Shown here: piece after piece, positions 1-12,930 of the stretch
Numbering within the stretch: the first letter of the stretch is position 1
How the letters are laid out: the number at the start of each line of letters is the position of its first letter
Assembly (NCBI GenBank): GCA_951406725.2
Contig: OX597815.1
Location: 189,782,001 to 189,846,000 of the forward strand
Reading direction: 5' to 3'
Origin: Octopus vulgaris
Taxonomy: Eukaryota
Length of the DNA stretch: 64,000 nt
Notes under the pieces: generated by a model
Seen by the model: only the letters and a program-made list of their open reading frames with translations
Database searches by the model: none
Told to the model about the DNA's origin: nothing
Program-made: the position numbers and the translations under genes

Positions 1-132
1 CAGTCCAGTGGCACTGGCAACGACCTCGCTTGAATGTTTTTTCACGTGCCACCAGCACAAGTGCTAGTAAGGCGACGCAGGTAATGATAGTAAGGTGATG
101 CAGGTAACGATAGTAAGGTGACGCAGGTAACA
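1..132 (-). mobile_element. Fragment of repeat family C (RTE-tailed SINE-like) ending in a 23-bp tandem (tagtaaggtgatgcaggtaacga x3)
   Basis: gtggcactggcaacgacc...ttttcacgtgccaccagcac matches the internal units at 3100-3480 and 38050-38230. Confidence 0.55.
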
Positions 133-502
133 ATTTTGTGAATCAAAAGTTTTATTGCTCTATTATATTGTTTGTTTCTTAAGATGATAATTTATGATTT
201 GAGAGCGAGAGATTGACAGAATCAATAAACATGAGACTAAATACTTTGTGATACTCGTTAGAACTATTTTTACATTTGCAAAAAAATTTCAAATCTTGAT
301 GAAGTTATATTTCGTCATTTCAATGGTACAGAAGTTGATTCAATCAAATCAACTGTCAACCTTGGTAAACATTCAATCGCTCAACAATATACAGGCAGTG
401 TCGAAATCCTTATTCCACAGTTGGCTTTAAGGCCTAATGAAATGTGAGGTTGGTTGGAAAACACTGCGATTACATCAATATTATCAATATATAAGACACA
501 AC

Positions 503-1010
503 GGAGGTGCGTGGCTTAGTGGTTAGGGTGTTGAACTCATGATTGTAAGGTTGTGGTTTCGATTCCTGGGCCAAATGATGTGTTGTGCTCTTGAGTAAAA
601 CACTTCATTTCACGTTGCTCCAGTCCACTCAGCTGGCAAAAATGAGTAACTCTGCGATGGACCGGCGTCCCATCCAGGTGGGGAACCTATATGCCAAGGA
701 AACCGGGAAACCGGCTCTTATGAGCCTGGCATGGCTCGAGAAGGAACATTTAGTGGAGGCACATGGCTTAGTGGTTAGGGTGTTGAGCTCATGATTGTAA
801 GGTTGTGAGGTTGTTGTTTCGATTCCTGGACCAGGTGATGCGTTGTGTTCTTGAGCAAAACACTTCATTTTCACGTTGCTCCAGTCCACTCAGCTAGCAA
901 AATTGAGTAATCCTGCGATGGATCCAGGTGGGGAATTTCTACGCCACTGAAACCAGGAAACCGGCCCTTATGAGCCTGGCATGGCTCAAGAACGAACATT
1001 TATTTATTCA
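503..1010 (+). mobile_element. tRNA-derived SINE family A, tandem dimer
   Basis: Two ~250-bp units, each with A box (tggcttagtggttagg) and B box (ggtttcgattcc); the pair is flanked by TSD ataagacacaac (491-502 and 1011-1022). Confidence 0.85.
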
Positions 1011-1470
1011 ATAAGACACAACACAACCAACACATAAACACACACATATCCCCATCATTCAATCATTTATGTAGAAAATAATATACAGAAGGAAGTCTAT
1101 GGAAGACATAATTGAATCCTGAGGAATACTAGCATTGACATAATATGCATGTAATGAGCATCATTAACATACACTCTATTAGAGCGATCAGAGATTTAAA
1201 AAAATGTCTCAATCATCTTTTATATGCCATGTACATTGTTTACAATCTTTTCTAAAAATGTAGAAACTTTTCAATTCTATCATGACATTTCTGAGCTGAA
1301 TTTTATATTTGCTAACATAGGGAGATGAATCATTGTAAATTTGCTGAATTAGTAAAGGGCAAATATTTTATTTTTTCATAGTTGGAATTTATAGGAAATC
1401 AGAAGACAAAGACTGGTGTAGCAACAACAAGCAAGTGTATTAGTTTGATGGTCAGGAAAAATGGAAAAGT

Positions 1471-1506
1471 CTTTTGTGTTTCGAGCCTACGCTCTTCAAC
1501 AGAAAG
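1471..1506 (-). ncRNA. Degenerate minimal hammerhead ribozyme motif in a PLE-type repeat
   Basis: Minus strand: cuuu-CUGUUGA-A-GAGC guag GCUC-GAAA-ca-CA-aaag; stems I and II intact, A6 replaced by U, cleavage triplet mutated. Confidence 0.6.
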
Positions 1507-1687
1507 GAATAAGAGAAAATAAACAGAGAGAGAATGAAAAAAAAACTTGTAGATTTCAGCTGTCCAGCACATCTATATTATCCGTTAATTTAAATTTTAG
1601 CATGTTAAAATGCTAAATCATCAAACTAAAACATTTTTGAAAATTACTAATTTTTAATCTCACAACATGAGATATTCAGCAACAGTA

Positions 1688-1991
1688 CTTTGTAGCAAAG
1701 ATTGTTTGCCAACATAACATGGCAGTCCTGGTTTAGGAATAATGTTGCTGTAATTTAGCCCCAGGAGACATCGTCTTCAGCCAGCTATGAAGAGAAATAA
1801 CCCAGAAATTACAATACACAGATATTGTTTTGAGCTGAGTGAGGATACTAGATTCCCTTGTTCAAAAAATGTAAGGACACAGTTCGTGTCATATAGCCAG
1901 CTGGACACGATGTCTCCTGAGCTAAATTACAGCAACATTAGTCCTAAACCAGGACTACCATGTTATGCTGGCAAACAATCTTTACTATAAA
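1688..1991. repeat. Fold-back insertion: ~100-bp inverted arms around a ~100-bp spacer
   Basis: 1688-1789 is the reverse complement of 1889-1991 (aaagattgtttgccaacataacatgg / ccatgttatgctggcaaacaatcttt). Confidence 0.85.
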
Positions 1992-2344
1992 ACATTTTTA
2001 TCTTTTAAAGAAGAAATGTGGATGAGACATGGAAGTGCCCCTAGTGAGGCAATTTTCACAGACTTTTCTATCAAAAGACATTGTTACAGCATTGTCTTTG
2101 CTACTTTCTGTAGACTGAGAGACTAGACATGGTTCTCAGGAGAAATTAAAGCAATGCACATTTCTAAATGTTTCATTCATTTTTGAATTGTCAGGAGTGA
2201 ATGGTTACACTCTTGTAAGTTTCCATAGAAGGTATATAAGGAGAGAAAGATTAAAGAATTTAACAGGGACGAGGCTCATCTTTGTAACACTATTTGAGTT
2301 AATAGACAAATTAATTGTACCAGTCACTTTCAGTACCAGTCACT

Positions 2345-3063
2345 TTCTCTCACTTTACTCTTTTACTTGTTTCAGTTATTTGACTGCAGCCATGCTGGAG
2401 CACTGCCTTTAGTCGAGCAAATCGACCCCAGGACTTATTCTTTGCAAGCCTAGTACTTATTCTATCAGTCTCTTTTGCCGAACCGCTAGGTTACGGGGAT
2501 GTAAATACACCAGCATCAGTTTTCAAGCGATGTTGTGGGGACAAACACAGACACACAAACATACACACACACACATATATATATACATCGAAATCGAAAT
2601 CTTTCAACATCAATGGAAATTGCAGCTGTGATACCAGTGCCGGTGGCACATAAGAGAACCGTCCGAACGTGGCCGTTGCCAGCGCCGCCCCGACTGGCCT
2701 CCGTGCCGGTGGCACGTAAAAAGCACATCCGATCATGGCCGTTTGCCAGCCTCGTCTGGCACCTGTGCTGGTGACACATAAAAAGCACCCACTACACTCT
2801 CGGAGTGGTTGGCATTAGGAAGGGCATCCAGCTGTAGAAACACTGCCGGATCAGACTGGGCCTGGCGCAGCCTCCTGGCTTCCCAGACCCCAGTTGAACC
2901 GTCCAACCCATGCTAGCATGGAAAGCGGACGTTAAACGATGATGATGATGATGATATATATGATGGGCTTCGTTGAGTTTCCATCTACCAAATCCACTCA
3001 CAAAGCTTTGGTCAGCCTGAGGTTATAGAAGAAGACACTTGCCCAAGGTGTCATGCAGTGGGA
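2345..3063 (-). mobile_element. SINE family B with a nested family C copy (2590-2955, +)
   Basis: Tail cttttacttgtttcagttatttgactgcagccatgctggagcac and body match full copies at 13557 and 19183; family C sits in the internal microsatellite. Confidence 0.85.
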
Positions 3064-3064
3064 T

Positions 3065-3490
3065 TAACGCCAACCACTCCGAGGGTGTTGTGGGTGCTTT
3101 TTACATGACACTGGCATGAGGGCCAGTCAGGTCATACTGGCATCGACCACGCTTGAATGGTACTTTTTATGTGCCACCAGTATGGGAGCCAGTCAGGCAG
3201 CACTGGCAGTGACCATGCTTGAATGGTGCTTTTTATGTGCCACCTGCATGGGACCAGTCAGCTGGCACTGGCATCGACCATGCTCAAATGGCACTTTTTA
3301 CATGTCACCAGCATGGGAGCCAGTCAGGTGGCACTGGCAACCACCATGCTCGAATGGAGTTTTTACATGCCACCAGCATGGGATGAGTCAGCCAGCACTG
3401 GCATCAACCATGCTCAAATAATGGTCTTTATGTGCCAGTGGCACAGGTGCCAATCAGGTGGTACTCTCATTGACCATGACAGCAATTTCA
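3065..3490 (-). mobile_element. Repeat family C with ~58-bp internal tandem array (~6 units)
   Basis: Recurring gccagtcaggcagcactggcatcgaccatgctcgaatggtgctttttatgtgccaccagcatggga units. Confidence 0.8.
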
Positions 3491-3599
3491 CCAAGTGAAA
3501 TCTTGTGTTATCATTCTCGTTATAATAAGATCTTGATTGAGATTTTAATTTAAATATGAACGCTTAGTTGAGCCAGTTTCTGGTATAATGATGTTAAAA

Positions 3600-3870
3600 G
3601 GGTTCACCGTTGTAATACTTTAATGCAGTTTAGTGCACACAGATTATATATGATGGGGAAAATGGGTCATTAGTTGATAGTGGAGGTTATATACATGAAA
3701 AAGGAGACCAAGAAAGACTTGAGAAGACATTATATGATTAAATCTGAGAAATATGGGCTTTGCAATGAGATTAGTCAGGATCAAGGTAAATAAGAAGTAT
3801 TATTATCAAACCTTTCCAGTTCCTGACAGCAATAAAAAAAATGGATGTTGAAATAAAAACGACAACAAAG
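3600..3870 (+). mobile_element. Highly decayed RTE-like LINE 3' end
   Basis: aggagaccaagaaagacttgagaagacatt reads RRPRKT*EDI (RTE GRPRKTW motif), followed by a ggatgttgaaa tail resembling family C. Confidence 0.4.
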
Positions 3871-4883
3871 AAAAAGCAAGCAATAAGTGGACATAAATGC
3901 AAATCTTATGTTTAGCTACAATAAACATTTCTTAATCTTGTAAAGATCATCTGTTGATAAAAGCCATCAAGGCAAAGCCACAAAATATTACACAATATTT
4001 CAATATACAGTACACATTATTATTAGCAACTATCTTTTTCCATTTAATATTTTGTCTTTCATTTCTATTCAACAGTCATTCTTGGCTAAGTAATATTCCA
4101 AGTGAATCTATTCCAACCCTATTAATGTATCTGTCAAGGAAATTTTATTTATTGCTAAAAATAATCAACAAGAAAAAAAAACTGTTGTGTAAAGTATATC
4201 AGAGAAGATATCTCTGCAATTATAGCATGTTTTTATTAGTTCTTTTGGGTCTGAAATAATATGAAGGATTAATTTGATAGAGATAAAATATCATAAATGG
4301 TATCAATTTCAGTTTCCATCATTTCCCAAATGACTAGAAACTAATATGAAATTACTTTCATGTGTACTGATAGCTAAATATCTTTCTTCACGTGTTTCAT
4401 GTTGAAATTTCTTAAATTATTGATACTATAAATCCAAACCCGAATTAGTCACAGTGAAAAAGTAATAAATATTAACACTGGTAGTAATAAAAAGTTTATA
4501 GTAAATTCAGCGGAAATATCTCATTTCAGAAATAACGACAAATAAAATATAGATTAAATATTTGTCACTTTGCTTGGAAATCCTTATTATTCTGTACCGA
4601 AGATTTTATGGTTTCTTTGCATGCAATAGGTACTTCACACCTACTGAAGATATTGACAGTAGACTTTTATAAAGTAAAGCATCATCATCATCATCATCAT
4701 CATCGTCACAAATTGAGATTTTATGATAATATCATTCATTGTATGTTCTTATTTGCTCTAACTGTTACATTTTATGTGGCACCAATGGCTAAGTCAAATG
4801 TACTTTTAATCAGACGCTTTTATAATGAACACCATAATATGTTTGTGACCAAAACACAAACATATTTATAAACTGAAACTTAC

Positions 4884-5108
4884 CTGACTTCATCAATTAT
4901 TTATCGTTAATCTACTATATTAGTGCACTTAAAAATCAATATTCTTGTATATATTTTCCTCTAATGCGTTATCCTCTCAAGTTTGCTGGTGCTAAGTTTT
5001 ATGATCAATTTGTTCTACTTAGCTATTATTGTAAGTGCTGATCTCTCAAAAGAAACTGTTTGACTGAAAATCTTACAACCTAGTAAATACTTGTAATAAA
5101 ATCGAAAG
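4884..5108 (-). other. Candidate exon (mostly UTR; ATG AAG TCA G at the 3' end)
   Basis: Acceptor ttactcatttctctgtag| and donor CAG|gtaagt in non-repetitive sequence. Confidence 0.35.
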
Positions 5109-5721
5109 CTACAGAGAAATGAGTAAATCACTTTATTGCCAAGTATAATTTATTATAATATCTGAATTGATAATGTCAAATACCTACAGCAAAAACAAAT
5201 TGTGAGTGAAAACAACTGAGTTATTATAGTTCACTGGTAATTGTATTTCGCTCAGCTGTATGAGGCTTGGCTTCCATTTTACTCTGTATTCGGAATAAAT
5301 AACACAAATATTATTCAGGTTTTAAGCATTTGAGTAATAAAATAGTTTATAGACAAAAGATATTTATGTTGTTAACTCAATAATTTCTACTACGAATGCT
5401 GCCACTACTAATATCATAACCAACTTTATCACCACCGGTGCCGTTGTCTAAAATTTACATTCAGTGAACCACCACTGGAAGTAACAGTAAAATTTGTGAT
5501 CCAATGAAAGATCTTCTGTATGGTTGGTCAACCATCAAAATGGCTTTACATCTTAAAGAAACATGAATTTAGATGTCTATACACTGATTGTATCCACATA
5601 AATCATCTCTAATGCAGACACCACCAAAGTCTACTATCATTTGGGGGAAATAGTGAATAATAGAATAAATTTTACGTGCCCTGAGTGCTACTTTGAATTT
5701 CATATAACTAAATACTACAGA

Positions 5722-6136
5722 AGGCGGTGAGCTGGCAGAACCGTTAACACACCAGGTGAAATGCGTAGCCATATTTTGTCTGCCGTTACATTCTGAGTTC
5801 AAATTCCGCTGAGGTCGACTTCGCCTTTCATCCTTTCGGGGTCGATAAATTAAGTACTAGTTATGCACTGAGGTCGATGTAATCGACATGATCCATTTGT
5901 CTGTCCTTGTTTATCCTCTCTGTGTTTAGCCCCTTGTGGGTAGTAAAGAAATAGGTATTTCGTCTGTTGCTACGTTCTGAGTTCAAATTACGCCAAGGTC
6001 GACTTCGCCTTTCATCCTTTCAGGTCGATAAATTAAGTACCAGTTACGCACTGGGGTCGATTTAATCGACTTAATTCGTTTGTCTGTCCTCATTTGTCAC
6101 CACTATGTATAACCCCTTTTGGGCAATAAAGAAACA
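5722..6136 (+). mobile_element. SINE family D dimer
   Basis: Head aggcggtgagctggcagaa, core gtcgacttcgcctttcatcctttcggggtcgataaattaagtac; TSD taaatactacaga (5709-5721 and 6137-6149). Confidence 0.85.
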
Positions 6137-6834
6137 TAAATACTACAGAGCAGAATTTATAATGTGATCCATTAACAGATTCAAGTTTGGTATATCAAAA
6201 ACACAGTAAAGGTGTGATTGTGGTAGTCACAATCATAAAATTATTTACCTCCATGTCATGTATCTGCCTGAGAAGAGCTAGGTACAGTTAATCAAGAACA
6301 ACAACAGCATGAAGCCCACCGATTCAAAAATAATATACTGTATTTGTTGGGGAGTAAGTCACCGAAAGGAATTATATCAATATTTATATAGTATCCAGCT
6401 GAAGTACCAGTGAATTGGATGTTTAACACACCCCTTTGAAGGATTTCATTTCCTCACCTTGTGACTCAAAGTAAAGGGGAAAAAAATTATATTCAAAGTT
6501 ACACTGCAGAACACCTAGCATCGTCTTGTGGCACACCAGCATTCCGCTGTATACCAATTGTGGAGCACTTGTTTAGATTGTCACCAATCATGATAGAGAA
6601 TATTATATACCTTTGTTTATCTTCTAAGACAGTGCTTCTCACAATGGGTGGTAATATTGCCTGGGAGGTATTGGAAAATTAAAATTTTATATAGGAACTG
6701 GGGACAAAGTAGACTATACAGTAATTTTTCTTTAGATTTTGTCTCTCATTTAACCCCTCAGAATGAAAATTTTCATTTAAAATGTAGGTGTTTGAGCCAC
6801 ACTTGCGGTATAAGATTATTTGATAATACGGACA

Positions 6835-7500
6835 TACAATCCTTTAATCAGAAATCTAAAATCTGAAAAGCCCCCAAAACTGAATATTTTTTGTGGAGGG
6901 CAGAGCATTTCATAACAGAAGTCATTTACTGTGCAAACAGCTGACTACTATGAGCCATCTCACTCAGGATTGGCATGGCAATGTCTGGCAGGTCAGCCAC
7001 CACTTACTGCCAAGCATCAGGTGTGACTCAACAGTTGTAGATAGAAGATATCCATTTGTTGTTTTCTGTCTTCGAGTTGTTTCTTGTGATTTTGTATATA
7101 ATTTACCCTGAAAATGTCAAAAAAGAACTGCAGATACCCCAATGGATAACAGTGAGGAAAAGATAAGGAAACATTTATCATTATCAATTACATAGAAAGT
7201 GGAGTTACTACAGAACTTCCATCATGGTACGTCTGTGCTAGGCAGCTAGCTGGCAGAAACGTTAGCACGCCAGGTGAAATGCTTAGCAGTATTTCGCCTG
7301 CTGCTACGTTCTGAGTTCAAATTCTGTCGAGGTCGACTTTGCCTTTCATCCTTTCGGGGTCGATTAAATAAGTACCAGTTACGCACTGGGGTCAATGTAA
7401 TCGACTTAATCCGTTTGTCTGTCCTTGTTTGTCCCCTCTGTGGGTAGTAAAGAAATAGGTATGTCTGTGCAGTGACTCACTAAAGAATATGGTGTTGGAT
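6835..7500 (+). mobile_element. Tigger/pogo (Tigger4/Zombi-like) transposon fossil interrupted by a SINE
   Basis: From ATG 7114, with one frameshift: MSK..TADTPMDNSEEKIRKHLSLSIT*KVELLQNFHHGTSV-[SINE]-Q*LTKEYGVG, a CENP-B-type N-terminal HTH; upstream aatcagaaatctaaaatctgaaaa resembles Zombi-type ends. Confidence 0.7.
7239..7457 (+). mobile_element. SINE family D monomer
   Basis: TSD ggta(c/t)gtctgtgc at 7226-7238 and 7458-7470. Confidence 0.85.
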
Positions 7501-7892
7501 CTAGAAGATTTCAAGTTTGGTTTTGGTCCAACATATGAGAATTTTTCACAAGGTAGATGCCCGTATTTTGAGCATGTTCTATTACATTCAAAATCTAAAC
7601 CAAAATATAATAATGATGATATTTCAACAGTTACACTGGGATATGCTATACAGGGTTGGCCAGAAGTCATTTGACAGTAAATCAAAATTCCATAAATACT
7701 ATCTGTAATTCTGTATTGACTCGAATGGAAAAATTTGTCACTCAAGAAGGACTTCAGTTTGAACAATTTTCATGATGTTTCATATTTAGATGCTTTTATT
7801 AAATTCATTCAGTTGTTTAACATAAATAAACTTTGGAATTAAATGGGTTTGATTTACTGTCAGGTGACTTTTGGCCAAACCTGCGTGTGCAT

Positions 7893-8192
7893 ATCATCAT
7901 CATCATCATCATCATTTAGCGTCCGCTTTCCATGCTAGCATGGGTTGGATGGTTCAACTGGGGTCTGGGAAGCCAGAAGGCTGCACCAGGCCCAGTCTGA
8001 TCTGGCAGTGTTTCTATGGCTGGATGCCCTTCCTAACGCCAACCACTCCGTGAGTGTAGTAAGTGCTTTTTACGTGCCACCGGCACAGTTGCCAGACAGG
8101 GCTGGCAAACGGCCATGGTCGGATGGTGCTTTTTACGTGCCATCGGCATGAGGGCCAGGCAGGGCTGGCAACGGACATGATCGGATGGTGCT
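7893..8192 (-). mobile_element. Repeat family C
   Basis: (cat)n tail followed by ttagcgtccgctttccatgctagcatggg. Confidence 0.85.
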
Positions 8193-8664
8193 ACACACAC
8201 ACACAATTATTAAAATTATAAACAAGGGTATCTAAGAGATACCACCATGATTGAAATATGGCCAGTTTAAATGCTGAAGGGTTAAGTGAGAGACAAAATC
8301 TAAAGAAAAATTACTGTATAGACTACTTTGTCCCCAGTTCCTATGTAAAATTTTAATTTCCCACTACCTCCCAGGCAATCTTACCACCCATTGTGAGAAG
8401 CACTGTTTTAGCCGATTAACAAAAGTATATAATATTCTCTATCATGATTGGTGACAATCTAAAAAAGTGCTCCACAATTGGTATACAGCGGACTGTTTGT
8501 GTTCCACAAGACGATACTAGGTGTTCTGCAGTGTAACTTTGAATATAATTTTTATCCCTAAACTTTGAGTCACAAACTGAGGAATAGAAATCTTTCAAAG
8601 GGGTGTGTTAAACGTCCAGTTCACTGGTACTTCGGTTGGATACCATATAAATATTGGTATAATT

Positions 8665-8925
8665 CAATAATAAAGATAAAATTAAATAAAGAGATAGTCT
8701 ATTGACATTCAATAATTTATTTATACTACAATATTACATTAAATACCATCAATATATATAAGTCAAAACAATTTGTTGGCCTTTTACAGATTTTATAATT
8801 ATTTATATAATATTGTTATGTTATATATTATATTCAGAGTATTTAATATAATAATGTAATATAAATAAATTATTGAATATCAATAGAATATATCTATATT
8901 TAATTTATCTTTATACTTTGAGTTA
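8665..8925. repeat. AT-rich fold-back PLE-type fragment; same family at 26490-26650
   Basis: ctattgacattcaataatttatttata / tataaataaattattgaatatcaatag; aaacaatttgttggccttttac recurs inverted at 26617-26640. Confidence 0.6.
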
Positions 8926-9579
8926 TATTTTTAGTTCAGGTGTACTTCAGAATTTTGAAAAGAATTCAGGTGTGCTGCAATTGAAAAAAGTTTGTGGGAC
9001 ATTGGTCTAAACTACAGACTGAAATGGTTCAGATTTTATATTCGGCTTTTAAGATGATACTGGGGATTGGGCTGATATTTTTAAGGTTCAGATGTGATTC
9101 ATAAGAAAACACAATGTTTCTAAACCTAACTTGAAGCTGTTATTTATACATGCAATGGAGTAAAAAAATTAGACAAAAAATAAATATTCTTACCAAATTT
9201 ACTCAATATGTACAGGAAAATAAAAAGAGAACTTTAAAAAGTAGTATCTCAAACATTGCACTAAAATGGTAAAACTTTTTGAAATTAGAAGAAAGAGGAA
9301 ACATTCCTTGATTATTTATTCCAAAACGAGTGTTGCATATAATATTATCAAAGATAAAAGGCTTTACAAAACTTTAAGCAAACAACAAATGGAAGACAAT
9401 TTAAACAAAATCCAGGCACATTTGATATGTAATGGACGTTTAGTATGTTGCATACTTGAAATAATTTTGGCTAATATTGCATTTCATTTGACGATATTCA
9501 AACAAAATTTTAATAATTTTGGCATTTTAAATTTAACTTGTGATTTGAAATAAAAACTCCATATTAGATTCATGTGTGT

Positions 9580-9765
9580 GTGTATATATATATATATATA
9601 CATACAACGGGCTTCTTTCAGTTTCTGTCTACCAAATCCACTCACAAGGCTTTGGTTGGCCCGAGGCTACAGTAGGAGACATGTGCCCAAGGTGCCACGC
9701 AGTGGGACTGAACCCAGAACCATCTAATTCACAAGCAAGCTCCTTACCACACAGCCACTCCTACG
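9580..9765 (-). mobile_element. SINE family B, 5' half
   Basis: ctaccaaatccactcacaaggc...cttaccacacagccactcct. Confidence 0.8.
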
Positions 9766-10344
9766 TCTATATTACAGTTTATATTTTTTTAATAGTATCT
9801 TATTTTCTATATTCCTTTGTATTTGATTTGTGGTTTTGTTAAAGCAAAGGTAAAGTAGAAAGATTTAGAATTTTGTGGATACAGTTTAATTGTGGGGAAG
9901 ATGGTGAAAAAGCCATACGTAGAATTTAATTTGCTCTCCATGATGTCTGCATATCGGAATCATGTGCCTACTTCATTTTTGTATTTGTTTTGAAAGATTC
10001 TTGATATGAGATTATCTAATGAAACGGTTGTTATATCTGAAAAGGGTCACTTTGTCAATAAAAATGATCTGGATTGCACTTGTTTGCATTATTTTAATTA
10101 TAATTATAATTAAAATGGCAGACATGTTAGAGCATTGGGGAAACTTACTTTGTGGTATTTTTTTCAACTCCTAATGTTTTGAGTTCGAGTTCTGCCAAAA
10201 TCATGTTTGCATTTCAACTTATGTATTGATAAATTAACTAGAATTTAATTGCTGCAATCAATGTAATTACCTTCTTCTCTCCTCTCAGAATTGCTGGCTC
10301 TGTGCCAAATTGAGAAAGCATTATTAGTAGTAAATGTGGTAATG

Positions 10345-10358
10345 TATATGTATGTATG

Positions 10359-10455
<97 letters not shown>
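10345..10455. repeat. (TA)n microsatellite
   Basis: Direct reading. Confidence 0.95.
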
Positions 10456-10456
<1 letters not shown>

Positions 10457-10459
10457 TGT

Positions 10460-10642
10460 ATAATAATAATATTAGGGAGTATAACTCCAAACTTACAGGG
10501 AAAAATTCAATTTAGTATTAAATCAAATTTCACAATATAAATATATCAAATATAAATTAGAGATAAAACCACTATCTTTATTATTATTTAAATAATATTT
10601 TTTGAGTTGCATAATAGTGGTTTTATCTCTAATTTATATTAT
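10460..10642. repeat. PLE-type short repeat (attagggagtataactccaaacttacagggaaaaa family) with a short inverted arm; relatives at 19670, 22110, 24275(-), 62750
   Basis: aatataaattagagataaaaccactat / atagtggttttatctctaatttatatt, flanked by (TA)n. Confidence 0.7.
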
Positions 10643-10643
10643 A

Positions 10644-10677
<34 letters not shown>

Positions 10678-10879
10678 ACAGACAGAGTCAACAACTATTG
10701 TAAAGGTTGCAAGATGCAATGAAAATATTAGAAAAATAAATAAATAAATAAGTGGAAACTTTACCAGTGAGTGTGTTTAATTATAAGGCACTAAAAGAGA
10801 ACGACTCTCCCCAGACACAACAGATTATGCTTCAACACAGGAACTCACATAAAAAATCTTGCAAACCAAATCCAAAGAC

Positions 10880-11160
10880 GAAAAATTGAGGTCAAGATAT
10901 TTGGAGACGAGTTCTGTGGGGGCAGAAACAATGGGGCCACCAGGGCTGTTGGGTTTGTGTATTTTGGGAAGGAAATAGATGGTGGAGGTAGAGAGTATTT
11001 GGACAATGAGATGTGTGGCTGTAGATGGGGGTGGCAGAAGAGGAAAGAGGTCATGTATGTTGGAGGACACACTCTGCTGGTAGGAGGGGTTGGGGTCCAA
11101 GAGAAGTAGGTGATAGATTATGGCAACAGACGTTGTGAAGGGTAACCGATTCAGCCAGGG
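10880..11160 (-). mobile_element. Penelope-like element reverse transcriptase N-terminal fragment
   Basis: IYFLPKIHKPNSPGGPIVSAPTELVSKYLD matches the PLE RT motif YxLPKIHK..PGRPIVS...PTE.IS.YLD. Confidence 0.85.
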
Positions 11161-11214
11161 TGATGTTGGTCCAGAGGATAAATATATCTAAAGATATCTT
11201 TTACATTATTTTAT

Positions 11215-11281
11215 TTTATTTTTTATTTTTATTTTATCTAGTTTCAGCTCACGAGCTGTGGCCATGCTGGGGCACCGCCAT
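11215..11281 (-). mobile_element. Extremely 5'-truncated LINE tail (same tail as 52030-52095)
   Basis: gtttcagctcacgagctgtggccatgctggggcaccgcc preceded by (tattt)n. Confidence 0.6.
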
Positions 11282-11304
11282 TTATATATACATATATATA
11301 TTTA

Positions 11305-11524
11305 ATATATTTTTAAACAATACTCTGTTTTTGTCCATTACTGATTTTATGGTACACTTTTCAATGAAAGAACAGCACATTCTGCTGCTGGAGAATTGAG
11401 TTCTTCCTATTTGTGGAATTAATCTTTAACAGCCTTAAGCCATCCCCAAAGAGGATGTTTCCCATACAATTGTAACTAAATATTATGGTGTTTTTATTAA
11501 ACAGCATGTATGTATATGTATGTA

Positions 11525-11568
<44 letters not shown>

Positions 11569-12425
11569 CCCACACACATTCTTATATTCTTTTATTTGTT
11601 TCAGTCATTTGACTACAGCCATGCTGGAGCACCGCCTTTAGTCAAACAAATCGACCCCAGGACTTATTCTTTGTAAGCCTAGTACTTATTCTATCGGTCT
11701 CTCTTGCCATTGTAAACACACTAGCATCGGTTGTCAAGCAATGTTGGGGGGACAAACACAAACATATACATACATATATATACGATGGACTTTCAGTTTC
11801 CATCTACCAAATCTATTCACAAGGTTTTGGTCAACCTGAGGCTATAGTAGAAGACACTTGCCCAAGGTAACACACAGTGGGACCGAACCCGGAACCATGC
11901 AGTTTGTAAGCAAGCTACTTACCACACAGCCGCTCCTGTGCCTATATTTATTCAAAAAATTCTTGTTATCTATCTACAGCTATAAAAAAATCTAGTAATA
12001 TTAGTAGAAAAAAATCCAATATCTTTTTAAAAAAATATATTTACTCTTCATTATATTATTATGAAGTTGTTCTAAGAAAAATTTGATTTAAGTTGAAATC
12101 TATAGAATAAAAGAGAAAAGAAAAATTATCTTCTTACCCCAAACCTTTTGCTGAAATGTAACGTCTAACAGAAATTTTCTGGTGTTGATCGAAAAGATTA
12201 TTTTCAATAACTTCACACAACACATGCTGTTTAATAAAAACACCATAAGATTTAGTTACAGTTGTATGGGAAACATACTTTCTGGAGATGGCTCGAGGCT
12301 ATTAAAGATTAATTCCACAAATAGGAAGAAATCAATTCTCCAGCAGCACAATGTACTCTTCTTTCATTGAAGAGTGCACCACAAAATCAGTAATGGGCAA
12401 AAACAGAGTATTGTTAAAAGATATC
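11305..12425 (+). mobile_element. PLE RT C-terminal fragment (12105-12425, +) with an inverted ~200-bp copy (11305-11510)
   Basis: RKRKIIFLPQTFC*NVTSNRNFLVLIEK...LFNKNTIRFSYSCMGN resembles PLE RKRNIIWFNPPF..NV.TN....FL.LIDK...IFNRNTVKVSYSCMPN. Confidence 0.75.
11585..11945 (-). mobile_element. SINE family B, near full length
   Basis: Head and tail as at 19183-19602. Confidence 0.85.
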
Positions 12426-12684
12426 TTTAAGAATTATTATATAAGATCACAGAAAAACCTTCTTAAGAACAGACACAGTTAACATACTCACTCTTTAAAA
12501 TGGAAACAAAAGAAATTTCACATTATTATCTGACTTCATTTTTATGTAGTCCTTTTGAGAAAGTCAACAAAAGACAAGAGTCAGTATCAAAGTGTAAACA
12601 CAAGAGAAAATATTTTTTGAAGGAGCATTTCATCATCATTACCACCATCACTATCACCACTACCACCACCACCAACATCATCAT

Positions 12685-12930
12685 CATCATCATCTAATGT
12701 CCATTTTTCATGTTGGCATGGCTTTGACAGTTTGGCAGTAGCTGGCAAGGCTGAGAGCCATACATGGTTCCATTGTCCATTGTAGTATGATTTCTACAGC
12801 TGGATGCACTTCCTAACATGAACCACTTTACAGTGTACTGGATGCTTTTTACATGGCCTCAGAAACCGTGCTTTTTACGTGGCATCAGTATGAATGCATT
12901 TTATGTGGCAACATCACCAGCAGAGCCACC
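12685..12930 (-). mobile_element. Old family C-like element
   Basis: (cat)n-aatgtccatttttcatgttggcatgg...tttctacagctggatgcacttcctaac. Confidence 0.6.

Larger units (their letters stand above)
6369..8665. repeat. ~395-bp inverted duplication (6369-6760 / 8274-8665)
   Basis: Arms align end to end by eye; ORFs 6461..6682(+) and 8416..8598(-) give near-identical peptides. Confidence 0.9.

Noticed and set aside
3100-3480. 58-bp periodic array resembling a CRISPR
   Set aside because: Whole units repeat without unique spacers; internal array of repeat family C; eukaryotic context with no cas genes
7489-7674. 61-aa ORF that looks non-repetitive
   Set aside because: Starts out of frame within the Tigger fossil; no recognisable domain or splice support
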